A stretch of DNA of 64,000 nucleotides from Zygnema circumcarinatum SAG 698-1b (Eukaryota; Plantae; Zygnematophyceae): NCBI GenBank assembly GCA_037447605.1, contig CM074809.1, forward strand, positions 858,689 to 922,688, read 5' to 3'. Position 1 is the stretch's first letter, and every line of letters begins with the position of its first letter. Made by a program: the position numbers and the translations under genes. Below the pieces are notes generated by a model. It had not been told where the DNA came from. It was given only the letters and a program-made list of their open reading frames with translations, and did no database searches. Positions 11,527 to 23,416 of this stretch are shown in pieces.

Positions 11527-14500
11527 CTACTTAGGAACGCAGATCATTTTCGTCGACGAAAGGGCCTTCTCTGTGCATTTGAAACCGTTCAATGATTTGA
11601 AAGACTTTTTGGTGAAGAAACGTGTTTTCAGACTCATACACGTATCTCCTGCCTGCAAAGTATACGTGTCTCCCTTGCAGCCAACTGCAGCTCCAAGATC
11701 GCTTCCTTCCAGACACACCTGCAGAAAGCATGCCGGACATAGTTTCAGGATATTACATCAGTTTTTTTCTCTTTAGGGGGAGCAGACTTTCATTTGCGAA
11801 CGGAACCAAATCCAAATGCAATCCCTATCAGTTCTGACCTCCAACCAAAATACACCTTCGTGTGCTTCTGTTGGCCCTAATTTGTATTGAAAGTGTACCT
11901 GCTGCCCAATCAGAGCGCTGCTGCCAGTGGAAAGCATCAATTTGCCACAATTTACGCCGGGATTGAGAGTATAGAATCGCCGAATATCTCCCTCAAGTTG
12001 AGTTTTTATTATGGAGAAGCACGATTCATAGGGCTGGACGGCATAGAACTTTGTGCATGGGCCCGCGTAAGCGAGGGTCCCCCACTGAATACAGACCTGC
12101 AAACAAGTCCACCCTCGAACTTCGAGTTTTTTGTCAAGTTTTATTTTAGCATGAACCGATCGTCGGAAAATTTTCACATGAAAGATTCTTATCAATACCT
12201 TGTCTTAACCACTTATAATTAACCACTTCTAATTCACTGGCTGTACCTGCTGAGACTGCCGAAGCTGCGAGCAGTCCAAGTCAGGATTGGGCGACCCGGG
12301 CCCAAATATTGATGGAACGTTGAAGTATGTAGCGATCGCCTCACACGTGTCACCCTAAAAGGAGGGAAAAGTCAAGCAGTCATCTTGCAGCAGCACTTTC
12401 AAATGTGTCATACATCAAACTCGGAGGAAACTTGAAGACGAGCTTGAACAATAAGAATGGGGAAAAGGAGTTCCAAGGCTACCTCATTGACAGCATACAC
12501 GAGGGAGCAGTTTCTGGAGTTGGTGACATTCACCGTTGTGCCCCCCGGCAAGGGCAATAAGAAATTCAGCTTCTGCAAAATGCATCAAAGATTTGGCATG
12601 AAATTCGCGAGGGGTTGAAGAAACAGTAGCCCGTGGCCATCCCTAGACGCAGAGTTTGCCGAGAGAGGATGTCATAGACTCTCTTACAGACCTTGTTTTG
12701 AGCTAAGAAAACATCTTTGCTGATGCCGTACATAATATATATGTCGTAGCCAGTCATGTTGGCGCCCTCCGGCACAGTAAAGTTCTGCAGCCCGGTTGCT
12801 ATTGCAGCTGAAGGAGACACTCACAGCAAACAAAGCCATGAGTTGGAAAAGGCTCAGAATTTGCCATGAGAGAGCATGAGTTGGGAATGTCTCATAGGTT
12901 GCTCAGAAGGTTTGCTACGATATTTGGGTCACCTTGCAATGCACGTCCTCCACCTTCAGAAGGGACTTACCTTACATCGAAAAAGTACAAAGCTATATAA
13001 CATGACCTTGGTACAGAGAAAACCATGTAGCTGACATGAAAGAAAAAAACTATTCTACATATTCTATATACATATTATACATATTCTATTTTATTCTCTT
13101 CGATTATACTTTTCTATAAACTATGCTCTGTTTTGTCATGGCCCTCACCTGGCACGCATGTGAGGATGCCGTCCGGGGCGGCGGAGGCATACCCCAGCGG
13201 GCAGGCGCAGGCGTATGTGCCAGGTGTCGCCACCGCATTGAGACACGTGCCCACGCCGCAGGGGTTGCTTGCAACGAAGGTACACGGAGAGACTGCTTCA
13301 CAGAAACATCACATACATACATTTGTTTACAAGTGGTTTGTTACATGCAATTGCAACTTACGTGCTATTGGTCGATTTCAAAGAACAGAATCACATTTGC
13401 TGGAATGAAGCTGGTCAGCAATCAATCATGTCGCTCTAGACCTGTGACGTCATCTGATGAGGAAAGTGATATATGGTAAGGTTATATGGTTAAGTTATTC
13501 AAAGTTGGAAATGTATGCTTTTCTAATGGAATTGACCAACTCACGTGGTGCACATGTTTGAGAATTGTCGCTGTTGGTCACTGCCACGAATCCCTCTGAA
13601 CAGTCGCATAAGTTTGTAGCCCCATTCGGAGTACACAGACCATTCCCACATGGGTTCATTGTACCCGGTCCATTTGCCGTCTTCAGAACTGTATTGGCAT
13701 AGCTGTTCCTAAAGCATGGGTCGTTGTCTGCATCCATCAACCAGGAGAGCGAAACCGATTGCTTATTATTACCCTGCTTTAAGCTCAGCACGAACAGGAG
13801 ACCTAGTCTTCGAAGCACAAAGTTGGAAATGTGCATTCTTTGCATTGTTTGCATTGTTTAAACCCTATACAAGGAATCGACGGCATATGGCCTCATTGAC
13901 ACGTAACACAGTTCAGCTGTTGGAATCATTTCGAAGGTTGGACCATTGGATCGGCAACCATTGGATCGGCAACCATTGGACAACCATTGGACAACCATTG
14001 GACAACCATTGGATGGCAATGGTTGGACGTCCAATGGTTCGCAACCATTCGAATGGTTGTTTTGTGCCGGCCGACCATTGGATCCAATGGTTGGCAACCA
14101 TTCGAATGGTTGATCCAATGGTCCGACATGTGAAACATTTATAAGAGAAACCACAAGGGCAGACTTGAACTTAAATGAAGTTCATAGATCTGTGGGATCC
14201 CCCGGTGTCAGATGACATGCGTAACAGACTGCCATGGTAGAAACGTAGATGGTTCGGTGCTTTCTAGTCACTCCTTCTTACCGTATCATCGAGGAATCCT
14301 TGGTAACACTACTCGACTGAGTTCAAGCATCACAAAAAAATGTTAGCAATATCGTAAGCTACGAAGCTTCATGGTTCAGGCTATGCTATAGAGATTCGGG
14401 GTAACCAATTTTGAACTACTTCTGGATAGCTACTAACTTCAATCACCAAGTTGTTATGGAAAATAACGTATTGTGATTAGGGAAGCAAAGTCCTCTCACC

Positions 14501-17500
14501 TGCAGGCTTCACTACCGGCATGAGTGCCGGAAGGCTGTTGATTCCGCATATCCCCAAACCGGCGGATATTTGAAGGCGCATGTAGCCCTGCTCGCCCCAG
14601 TTTTGACCCCACGAGTTGCGGATGATCCAAAAGGGTGGATCCGCACTCAGGTCATAGCCGACCACCACCACGCTGTGATCCACTCCGTTTGAAAAACAAT
14701 CTTCATCGCCAAATACGCCCTGCAGTACAACAAATTTCTCATGAAAAATGTGCTTTTTCTTACAAGTACAGAGATTCCTGCAGATATACACATACAGTCT
14801 CAGTTACGTTAAATGCGTTCAATAGATTTTTGTCACGAGCTCCTTGTATGAACTAAATGAAGGGCCTTATTCTAAATCTTCTGCATTGAGGGTCCAAACG
14901 AGAGTGCAGGATGTTTGTACTCCGTTGTAGTTGATGAAGTTGACACTGCTCGCTTCAATATTCACAATTGCCGGTTGCTGCTGCAGAATGAGCAATAGGC
15001 CCATCCAGCCGTTGAAGGCCACTTGCTCAAACGTTGTAATTTTGAACCTGTTATCACCCTGCAGGCCGCACATTGATCACGAAACGTATATGTAAAAGAT
15101 TCATCTCGACTCAAGCAGAAAAAATCCGCCATCAGAATAGAAATTTCCATTGAAGCCATGTATCCGAAGGATGGTCCTCCTATTGCAAACTGGCTGCTAA
15201 ACCACAGTTCGAAATCCCTTCAAAATGTTTGTGCTACAGTATAGGTCTTCTCGTTCGTCTACGTTCCTGCCCGAGATTCCAAGGTCTACTGGTTCAGTGG
15301 CATCAACATAACATAATAACAATAATGATAACTTTTTCCATCACTATCAGTCCTGTAATTCAACTACGATGCTTTGAATTAGTCCCTCTTACCTGGCCAC
15401 AGCTCGCTTGTCCCGTGAAATTTGAAGCTGAAGTGAGGGCATTGTTGGCGGCATAGTCGAGTGCCTCTTGGGGCCATCCCCCGGACGCGCAGGTCTTGCC
15501 GGCGGGGGAGCAGCTCAGAAGCTGCTGCTCTGCCAACTGCGGGACCGGACTCCTTCCGCCGTTGGCAATGAAAAGTGCGCTTTCAATTGCAGATATTGCA
15601 GCAAAAATCCAACAAGAATCTGCAAGTACTTTGGCACATGCATCAATTTCTAACATGAATGGTGGGTAAGTCTGGTCTGGCCAAAGATGTCAGCTCATAT
15701 GACCCGGGGTAGCTGCTTGCCCGTGTTAGGTAAGAACACCTGTATGGCAAATACCGACTTGGTGTGATGGCTGTCAAGGGTCAAAGAGTATCGTACAGAA
15801 ATTTGGAATGTGTTTTGTTGTGGAGACTATCCACGCTCGTCTCTAAGGAGAAAATACATCCTGAGTTGGGTCTTAGAAATACTGAAGCGGGAGCTAAGCA
15901 CTCACTGCATCTTCCTTGATCCTTCGTGGCTTGGACTGCTCCTTCCACCGTCCAATTCCAGGCGATGGCCACCTGCCACGATGATTTGCCGTTTCTCTGC
16001 CTCAAGTATCCAGCGGTCGCATATCGGAAATATCGGTTCAACTTTGGAGATGTGTTCCTGGGGAGGGTCGTGTTTAAACCGAAACCCCGAGCATCTACAA
16101 ATCAACGGGAGGAATGCAAACCATTAACGAAAACTTTGTTGCAAAACATGCTTAAAGTGAGTACTGAAAGGGTCGGAACGGATTGCATGTCTACCTGGCA
16201 GAGAGGCACTTTGAATGTCTACGTACATAGTGCTCGTGGTATGTAAAGTCTAAATTTCATCAGATTTCCGGTTGTCTGGCTGATTGGGCAGAATCGAGTT
16301 ACGCAATCACAATAGGGAGGAAGTGGAGACCTTACCAAAAGTACAAGTGTTTCCATCTGCAGAGATGTTGTACCCTCTATCACAAGCGCAAGTCGGTTGG
16401 CTTCCGACCGACTTGTAAAAGCAAAATCCGTTACCGCCACAAGCGCCCTGTGGCTGGTTTGCATTGCAGAAGGAGTTGCAGGAGTCGTTGTCTCTTTGTA
16501 TGCTGCATGACTCATCTAATCCAGAAAAGCAGTTCATGTCAATTCCAATGCAGTTCCTCTGCTCGCCGTTCACAAAGATTGAGAGATCCCCCGAAAAGTA
16601 ATTTTGATCGAAGGAAAAAGAGACGTCTTCAAGTAGTCCGAAGTCGAACACCAGTGGGCCGGTGAGCAGATTGTGGGATAACGACCTGAAGGCAGACAAC
16701 TTAACAGTTGACTTCAGACTTCAGCATTCCTCCAACTTCCTGAAGAAGTATTGCCTTCTCCTTTGGCCTCCGATTTTTGTGACTGTTAGTGGACCACGGT
16801 CAAGACTGAAAGGAGACTGCAAACTACAACATTGCTAGCTTACACATTGATCTACCTCATTCCTTATTAAGGTCAAGGAAGTCTTTTTTGAGTTAGCTCA
16901 CATTTGCCGGATGGAGAGGAGCCCTTCAAAGCTTGCTGGAATATTGCCGTTCAGTCGATTGTAGCGTAAGATTCTGCCACATCCACCGCAGAGAGCAGAT
17001 TATTTTCAATCGCTGTTTTATTGCTTATTCAAGAATTCCAAAGGGTTCTTGCGGTTTAACAGAGGAAAATAACTCACAGCACTTTAAGACTCCTGAGTTT
17101 GCCGATTGATGCAGGAATGGCGCCGCTCAAACGATTGTTGCCAATGTCTCTGCATAGCCAGCATGCACCATTTCCATGTTCAACCAAGTTGCAACGTGCT
17201 TCGAATCAAGCACATACGAAGTTCAAATGTGAAAAGCTCGTCACGTTTGCAAATATGCATGAAATGTTCTACGAAGTAGCTCCATGAATTCACTCCTCGT
17301 GTTTTCAAAGACAATGTTAGAACACGTTTCACGCAGACCTCTCAGGGGGCAATGGTCACAGAAACGTTGTTCTTCAGAGCATTCACATACCTACCTTGTC
17401 TTCAATTCTCCGTACATGGAATTATAAGGACAAACAAGAGCGTAACCAAGGTTTCTTGGTTGGCTGTTTTCAAATAGAAATCAATTGTGTAAATCTAATG

Positions 17501-20500
17501 TTCTGAGTTACCTCATTAACAAAACGACACTCGACGAGATTTTGTAAAAACTTCATTCTCTAAGGTTCTATTGAGAACCAGATTGCACTCACAGGCTCGT
17601 AAGACCATTTAGCTTGTCAAAGGACGAGGGGATACTCCCCGTAAGCTGATTAAATGACAAATATCTGCAAGAATCCAGCAATAAACCAAGGTGAATCCAA
17701 TTTATGCGTTAGATCAACAAAGTAGAGATCTTTTCTCTGAGCAGTAACTCGTACTATATCCGCAGGCATCCTTCCAAACACTTCGAGGCTGCAGATTTCC
17801 TTTTTCTGCGCACATGCTTAAGGCAAAAGCGTGCACACCAACCATGAGAAGTCGAGTCGGTACTTACAGATCTGTAAGGGAGGTCAGATTGCTAAAGGAA
17901 GAGGGAATAGGGCCAGTCAACGCGTTATTTGACAATTTCCTGTCACAGGCAATGTCCCCCATTAGAAACGAGTCAGTAGAATAGGGAAGATCCTTGATTG
18001 AAACAAGCATATGAAGACAATGGCGGTTTTTTGTGTAATAGACACAAGAAAAAGACCAATGGCAAAACAGAAACTTGCAAGGGGATAAGCTTTAGAAGCC
18101 GTCGCCACACAATATAGCATCTTCTAAAACGACGAAAATCAGGGAAATCACACATTATTTTCAGATTTCGAAGTCCGCCAAGAGTCTCGGGAAGGATGCC
18201 GGTGAGCCTGTTGACCGACAAGTCCCTGCATGCAGCATTCCATGCGATGTGGATCTGGGAATAAGGAAATGGCAGTTACTGTAACTGAAAAGAATGTAAT
18301 AATGTAAACGGTACAAAAAGTATAAACCGTGGATAAAAATCGTACGGTACATACTTCGGAAATCTGAACATTAAATTCAGCCTATACAGTCAGTGCTCGA
18401 GTCCATTTCTTTGGATGAAATCATCCAGTTCACATTTGAGTGTCGGGGGTCCAGTATGTATACAAAAAAGGTGGTTGGAAAAAAAGTAAAAAGACAGTAA
18501 AACTTGTCTAGATTAACATTGTTGGGAAAGTATAACTTTAGTTGATCCAAGCCTTCACAACTCGAAAAGGTTAAGAGATGCTCACAATTCCTCCAACGTT
18601 GCAAGGTTACCGATTGAAGGTGAAATGGTCCCGTTCAGCTGACTGTTACTCAGCGAACTGCAAAAGCAGACACTCATCGATTAGGTGGCTGCATAGGGGT
18701 TGCCCTTTCTTCCACCGAAGAGGCTTTCCGTCTCAGGAAAACAGGATACATTCATCTTCAGAAGTGGGTATTGCAAACTTCCATCTCATCTCAAAATAAC
18801 GTCACAGTTTGTTTCTTTTTAATCCACACAGATTCCACACCTTAGCAAAATATTGAACTAAGAGATACGAAAGGGATTAACCTTTCCTGGAAAAGGACAC
18901 CAAAGAAGTTCCACGACTGGAGCTGACTTAAGTATTTTTTAGCCATCCTAGTACTCCAATGTATTAAAATTCCAGTTTAAGTGCAGCCATTGTGAAGTTC
19001 CCCTTAACCAGCCACAAAATAAATTGTATCACCGCATACATCAATCAAAGAAAAGGAAGTGGAGGGCCTGGGATTCTCACAGTTTGACCACTAATCTTGG
19101 CTGCGGAGTTGTGCAGTATATACCCCACCAGCTGCATACAGGATAGTTTGGGTTCCAATTCAAGAGAAGCCCAAGGGGATCTTCTGTGATGGTCCGCTTG
19201 AACTCCAAAAGAATGAGAACTGCATCAGAAGGGTCGCCAATATTTAAGAATTAACTTCTTTTATTACAAAACACTTCTCCTTACTCACTCTTTTGAATTT
19301 CCTTACAGAGTTCGCCTACATGTACAAACAAACATTGACATGCATATGCGTCAAAAAGCAAGCTTGGGCGTCTTTTCCCGACCAGCAGAAAGTCTTAAAA
19401 TAGCTCGAGGTCATAGAAGTATTCCAATAGGCAGCTGGGAGACAGGCCCAAGCAGCTTCCGCCCTCCCAAACATTGCACATTTCTCCTACAGTTGGATGG
19501 TTTCTAGCATAGACTTTCACGGAACAAGAGGGCAACGTCGACTAATATCTCTAGGGTCACGTATGTTGATCGGCGACCCTTGCATGCCTTGCATAAATGA
19601 CCGGATAAAGGAAGCTTTTCTGATAATCAGTTCCTTGAACAGAAGCCATACATTGTCAAAGTCCAATCTCAAAACTAGGGACAGCTGCTCAGCTGGACAC
19701 AGTTGACAATTCGTTTCGACATATAATGCCAGACTTCCATAGTCGGATCAACGAGGTCCGGCCATGAAAGAGACCGAAGATGACTTCCTCACCATCTAGT
19801 CCTTAGCTTTGGGCACTTCATTTCCTTGTGGCTAATGCGTTATCCTTGTTTGCTAAAAACTGCAGCAGGTGACTATTTCTTTGAACATATCTCAAAGACT
19901 GCGGTGAAGAGGAATGATTTTCCTTAAGTATTGTATTTTGTTAATGAGGTCCATGCTATGCGATGAAAGGAAGATAAACATTTAAAGACAAAAGACAGCA
20001 ATAGCACATGTCCCCTTTCGATACCTTCTGGAGAAAGTGGAGGCGATGGTGGCCTTGCTGGAAGCCGAGGTGGAGGTGGTCTTGGAGGAGGCCGAGATGG
20101 AGACGGCCTTGAAGAAGGCGAAGATGGAGGTGGTGTAGGAGGAGGCGAAGGTGGAGGTGGTGTTGAAGGAGGCGGAGATGGTTCTGGTTCTGGTGCTGGT
20201 GCTGGTGCTGGTTCTGGTCCTGGTCCTGAATCTGTAGCGCAGTTTGCTGCGAGAGTTCAAGCAAACAAACGAGATCATGAAACTTGTCAAACTCTGAAAA
20301 TGCCCACAGGTCTATCTGGACTAGTGACATTTATCACTAACATTTATCATTTATCATTTATGGGAGTTACTTCCATTGAACCTCATATTACCGTGATTTG
20401 GACACTCGATACACGTGAAACATGAGTCTTCACTCCTTATACGGTAAAATTAGAGTAAAAACATTAGCTATGATTCCGTTGGTGAAGACACAGCACACAC

Positions 20501-21797
20501 GTGTTCAGAACACTCAACCATTTCAGCCACTATCTACTCGAGCAGAATCTAGGAATGAAACCAAGGTATGGTGACATAATTCTAGGGTATGTATGTGTGA
20601 CAGAGCTACTATCTGGAAAAGTGTGGAGCAGGAGCCCAACCTCTACGTAAAACGAGTTTTGGGCGAATTTTCAGTGAACCATTGAACATTGTCTCTAGAG
20701 CTTGACAAAAGCAAGATATCTCATTTCTTAGGTAACGAAGAAGCCATTCAGTGACAGTTTTGCTGATGATCGGTGAGGATTGGCAAGTAGTTTTAAGAAT
20801 CGGATGAATCTAACCCCCATAGTTCATTTATAATAGGTTAAAAAGCCACTGCCTGAGTGATACATGTGAGCGAAAAAGTAATGCACGTCCACAATACATT
20901 AGGTTTCAAGATACTTAAACTTTGGTGCTAGACGAAGTCTATAGTCACTTGACCTCCAGAAGAGACTGTATGATATGCATACAATACTTCAGCAATTTCA
21001 AATGATTTTTGTTGAAGAACAGGTGTCAGGCTTGAGGGACTTAGGGGGGGAGTGCAGGGTTGCGGATAGCGCTCCCCTCTCTTTCTCTCCCAGTGGCGGA
21101 TCCAGGATCTTAGCATAAAATATATGAGATAAAATGAAAAAAAAGTCGACTTTCAAAATCTGAAGGGGGAGGGCTAAGCCCCCCCAACTTGTAGATGTAG
21201 ATCCGCCACTACTCTCTCCCACTCCATCTCTACGTTTCTTTGCCTTTCTCTCCCACTCTCGCCCTCTCTCCCCCTCTGTCCCTCTCTCCATCTCTACCTC
21301 GCTCCCTCCCTCCCTCCCTCCCTCACGTATTATCCTTCTATCCTTCTCCAAGCCCCTCCTACCTCCTCTTCTTCACCGTGCGTGCCCAAAAGTCCACTTA
21401 CAGGATGCTGGGACACAAATCACGCTACTTTTCTTCAAAATAGCGGCTGAGCAACCGAAACCGTTGAGTTTCTTGAAGGTCAATGTCTTTGTGAAGCACC
21501 TCGCCAATGAGACGCAAGTCTCCCTCGGTAAAACACGGTGTTTTTTCCCGTTGCATTTAGCTGATAATCCTGCACCCCCCCGACCAATGCCCCGCAGCCA
21601 CGTCAGCAGCATAATACTGCTGCCGCCGCAGGGTTCAGCGCGCCGCGTCCTCGCCAGGGAGGGAGGGAGGGAGGGTTCAGGGCCGCACCGCGCGCCGGCT
21701 CGACGCCCGCCAGCAACAGCAGCAGAAGCGCCGCCCCCAGGCCCAGGCCCAGGCCGCGGGGCCCCGCACTTGCGCCCGCCATTGCGCCGCCCGCCAT
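11527..21797 (-). CDS. Secreted multidomain LysM-LRR-EGF-papain(C1A)-EGF-EGF-LysMx4 protein (~1074 aa, 22 exons)
   Basis: All introns GT-AG and all phases consistent (3225 nt). Exons: 21797-21689 signal peptide; 21569-21402 LysM; 20246-20025 Pro-rich; 19219-19081 LRRNT (LLEFKRTITEDPLGLLLNWNPNYPVCSWWGIYC); 72-nt LRR exons 18657-18586, 18225-18154, 17939-17868, 17664-17593, 17149-17078, 16973-16902; 16685-16336 LRR cap+EGF; 16094-15906, 15619-15393, 15058-14921, 14719-14500 papain (KDQGRC-NSCW, VDHSVVVVGY, IRNSWG); 13727-13545 and 13292-13149 EGF; 12807-12692, 12572-12483, 12354-12247, 12096-11899, 11718-11527 LysM-like repeats. Confidence 0.85.
13938..14126. repeat. ACCATTGG-motif foldback array (MITE-like) in intron 15 of the LysM-LRR-papain gene
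   Basis: 15-bp terminal inverted repeat (T/C)GGACCATTGGATC with one mismatch; multiple ACCATTGGA direct and inverted copies; two perfect 18-bp palindromes CAACCATTCGAATGGTTG (14042-14059, 14095-14112). Confidence 0.75.
21091..21211. mobile_element. hAT-type MITE (121 bp) in intron 2 of the LysM-LRR-papain gene
   Basis: TIR CAGTGGCGGATC / GATCCGCCACTA; 8-bp flanks TTCTCTCC and CTCTCTCC (7/8 match, TSD). Confidence 0.75.
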
Positions 21798-22358
21798 TGG
21801 CGCCTGAACCCCTGAACCCTTTAACCCCCGAAGCTCCCTCCCTAGACTCCAGAGCAGGCCCTGGATAGGCCGAAGACGGCGACCGTCGTTTGCGGGGGAG
21901 GCGGTTACTGTCGAGTCAACTACAAAACATTCTCACCGTAGTACGGCAGTCTTGTCGTACCGGCAGTCAGGTCGGCCATTTTGTCGCTTAGGATGAGAAC
22001 GGAGATATCGCCATATTGGCGGGGTATCGGGTGCGACCGACAATTCCGGCCGGTACTGCCAGCCGGTCAGCGGGAGGCTGGCTCTCGCACAGATTCGTTG
22101 GCGGCCGCCGCCCAAATTCTGTCGGTCATAACCGATACGTCGGCAAGGTCGCGATATGCTCACATTCGTCGCAAACGACAAACAAGTCTTACAAGCCGCA
22201 GGCTTGCGTCATCATTAGGGGGAGTCAGACCTTGACCATCGCCAAATCAATTTCGCCAGCCCGTCGGGCCAATTCTGCTTTGTACGGCAGGCCTTTTTCG
22301 CCAAAAGTGGACGTTCGACAGGCTCGGGCGCCGCGAATTCAAGAAAGCGATTATTTTA

Positions 22359-23416
22359 GGAAAATGATATAGCGGCCCCACTTTTTGGATATCGGCGCCC
22401 CCTTTTGGGAAAAAATGTACTTTTTTTTTGGCTAATCAACCCCCCACACTTGGATCTTTCGGGAGGAGAGATCTTGTAGACAATCGGATCCCGCGCCTCA
22501 CGCGCAGGATCCGACCGTGCACCGACGTACGGCGCCGCGCATCGCGGCGTGGCCCGCGGGATGCGGCGAGCCTACGGAAACGTTGTCCTCACCTAACCCG
22601 TTTGGGTCAGAGGTTGCCACGTGGCAGTCTGCCATTGAACAGCCCTGCTGCCGGTCCCCCATGCCGAATTGCCGATACAGTGGACCCCCATATTTTCCAC
22701 CTTGTACAGTGCGTCCCCAAGAAATTCGCCCCGATTTTGCCGGAACCACCTTTTTGTACGGTAACTCAATGTTAACGTATTAGGGGTGTTAACCTAACCT
22801 GACCTATTCTCCAATACAAAATCTGTTAATCGAAACGGATTTCAAACATGGGTCACGCTTTTACGCTGTACGGTAAGTACGAATAAAATCTCTAAGTCGT
22901 ACGGTATACGTACGGCACCAATAGGAGCTCGTGTATCTAAATCACGGTACGATACGACACGATACGATACGTACGAACAGACATGAACTCTAACATAATA
23001 CCGCTCGCCTATTGGTAACACGGACCTTATATTTGCAAATTACAATATTTTCGCCCAGTATTTGCCGAAGCCATGGCGAAAATATTATGGGGGTCCACTG
23101 TATCGGCATGGGGGACCGGCAGCAGGGCTGTCCAATGGCAGACTGCCACGTGGCAACCTCTGACCCAAACGGGTCAGGTGAGGACAACGTTTCCGTAGGC
23201 TCGCCGCATCTCGCGGGCCACGCCGCGATGCGCGGCGCCGTACGTCGGTGCACAGTCGGATCCTATCCTGCGCGCGAGGTGCGGGGTCCGATTGTCTACA
23301 AGATCTCTCCTCCCGAAAGATCCAAGGGGGGGGGGGGAGGGGGATGATTAGCCAAAACAATTTTTCCCAAAAGGGGGCGCCGATATCCAAAAAGTGGGGC
23401 CGCTGTATCATTTTCC
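22359..23416. mobile_element. Mutator-like foldback element with ~340-bp TIRs, same family as 9691-10551
   Basis: 22359-~22698 is the reverse complement of ~23078-23416. The terminus GGAAAATGATA...TTTTTGGATAT...CCCCTTTTGGGAAA is homologous to the TIR at 9691. No clean TSD found. Confidence 0.7.

Noticed and set aside
13858-14154. Repetitive ORFs (SNGC, NHWI, PMVV)
   Set aside because: Translations of the ACCATTGG foldback array. The tandem units lack unique spacers, so this is not a CRISPR array either.
17318-17392. Possible extra LRR pseudo-exon (YVNALKNNVSVTIAP*)
   Set aside because: Spacing does not fit LxLxxNxLxGxIP, it has an in-frame stop, and there is no GT donor at 72 nt.
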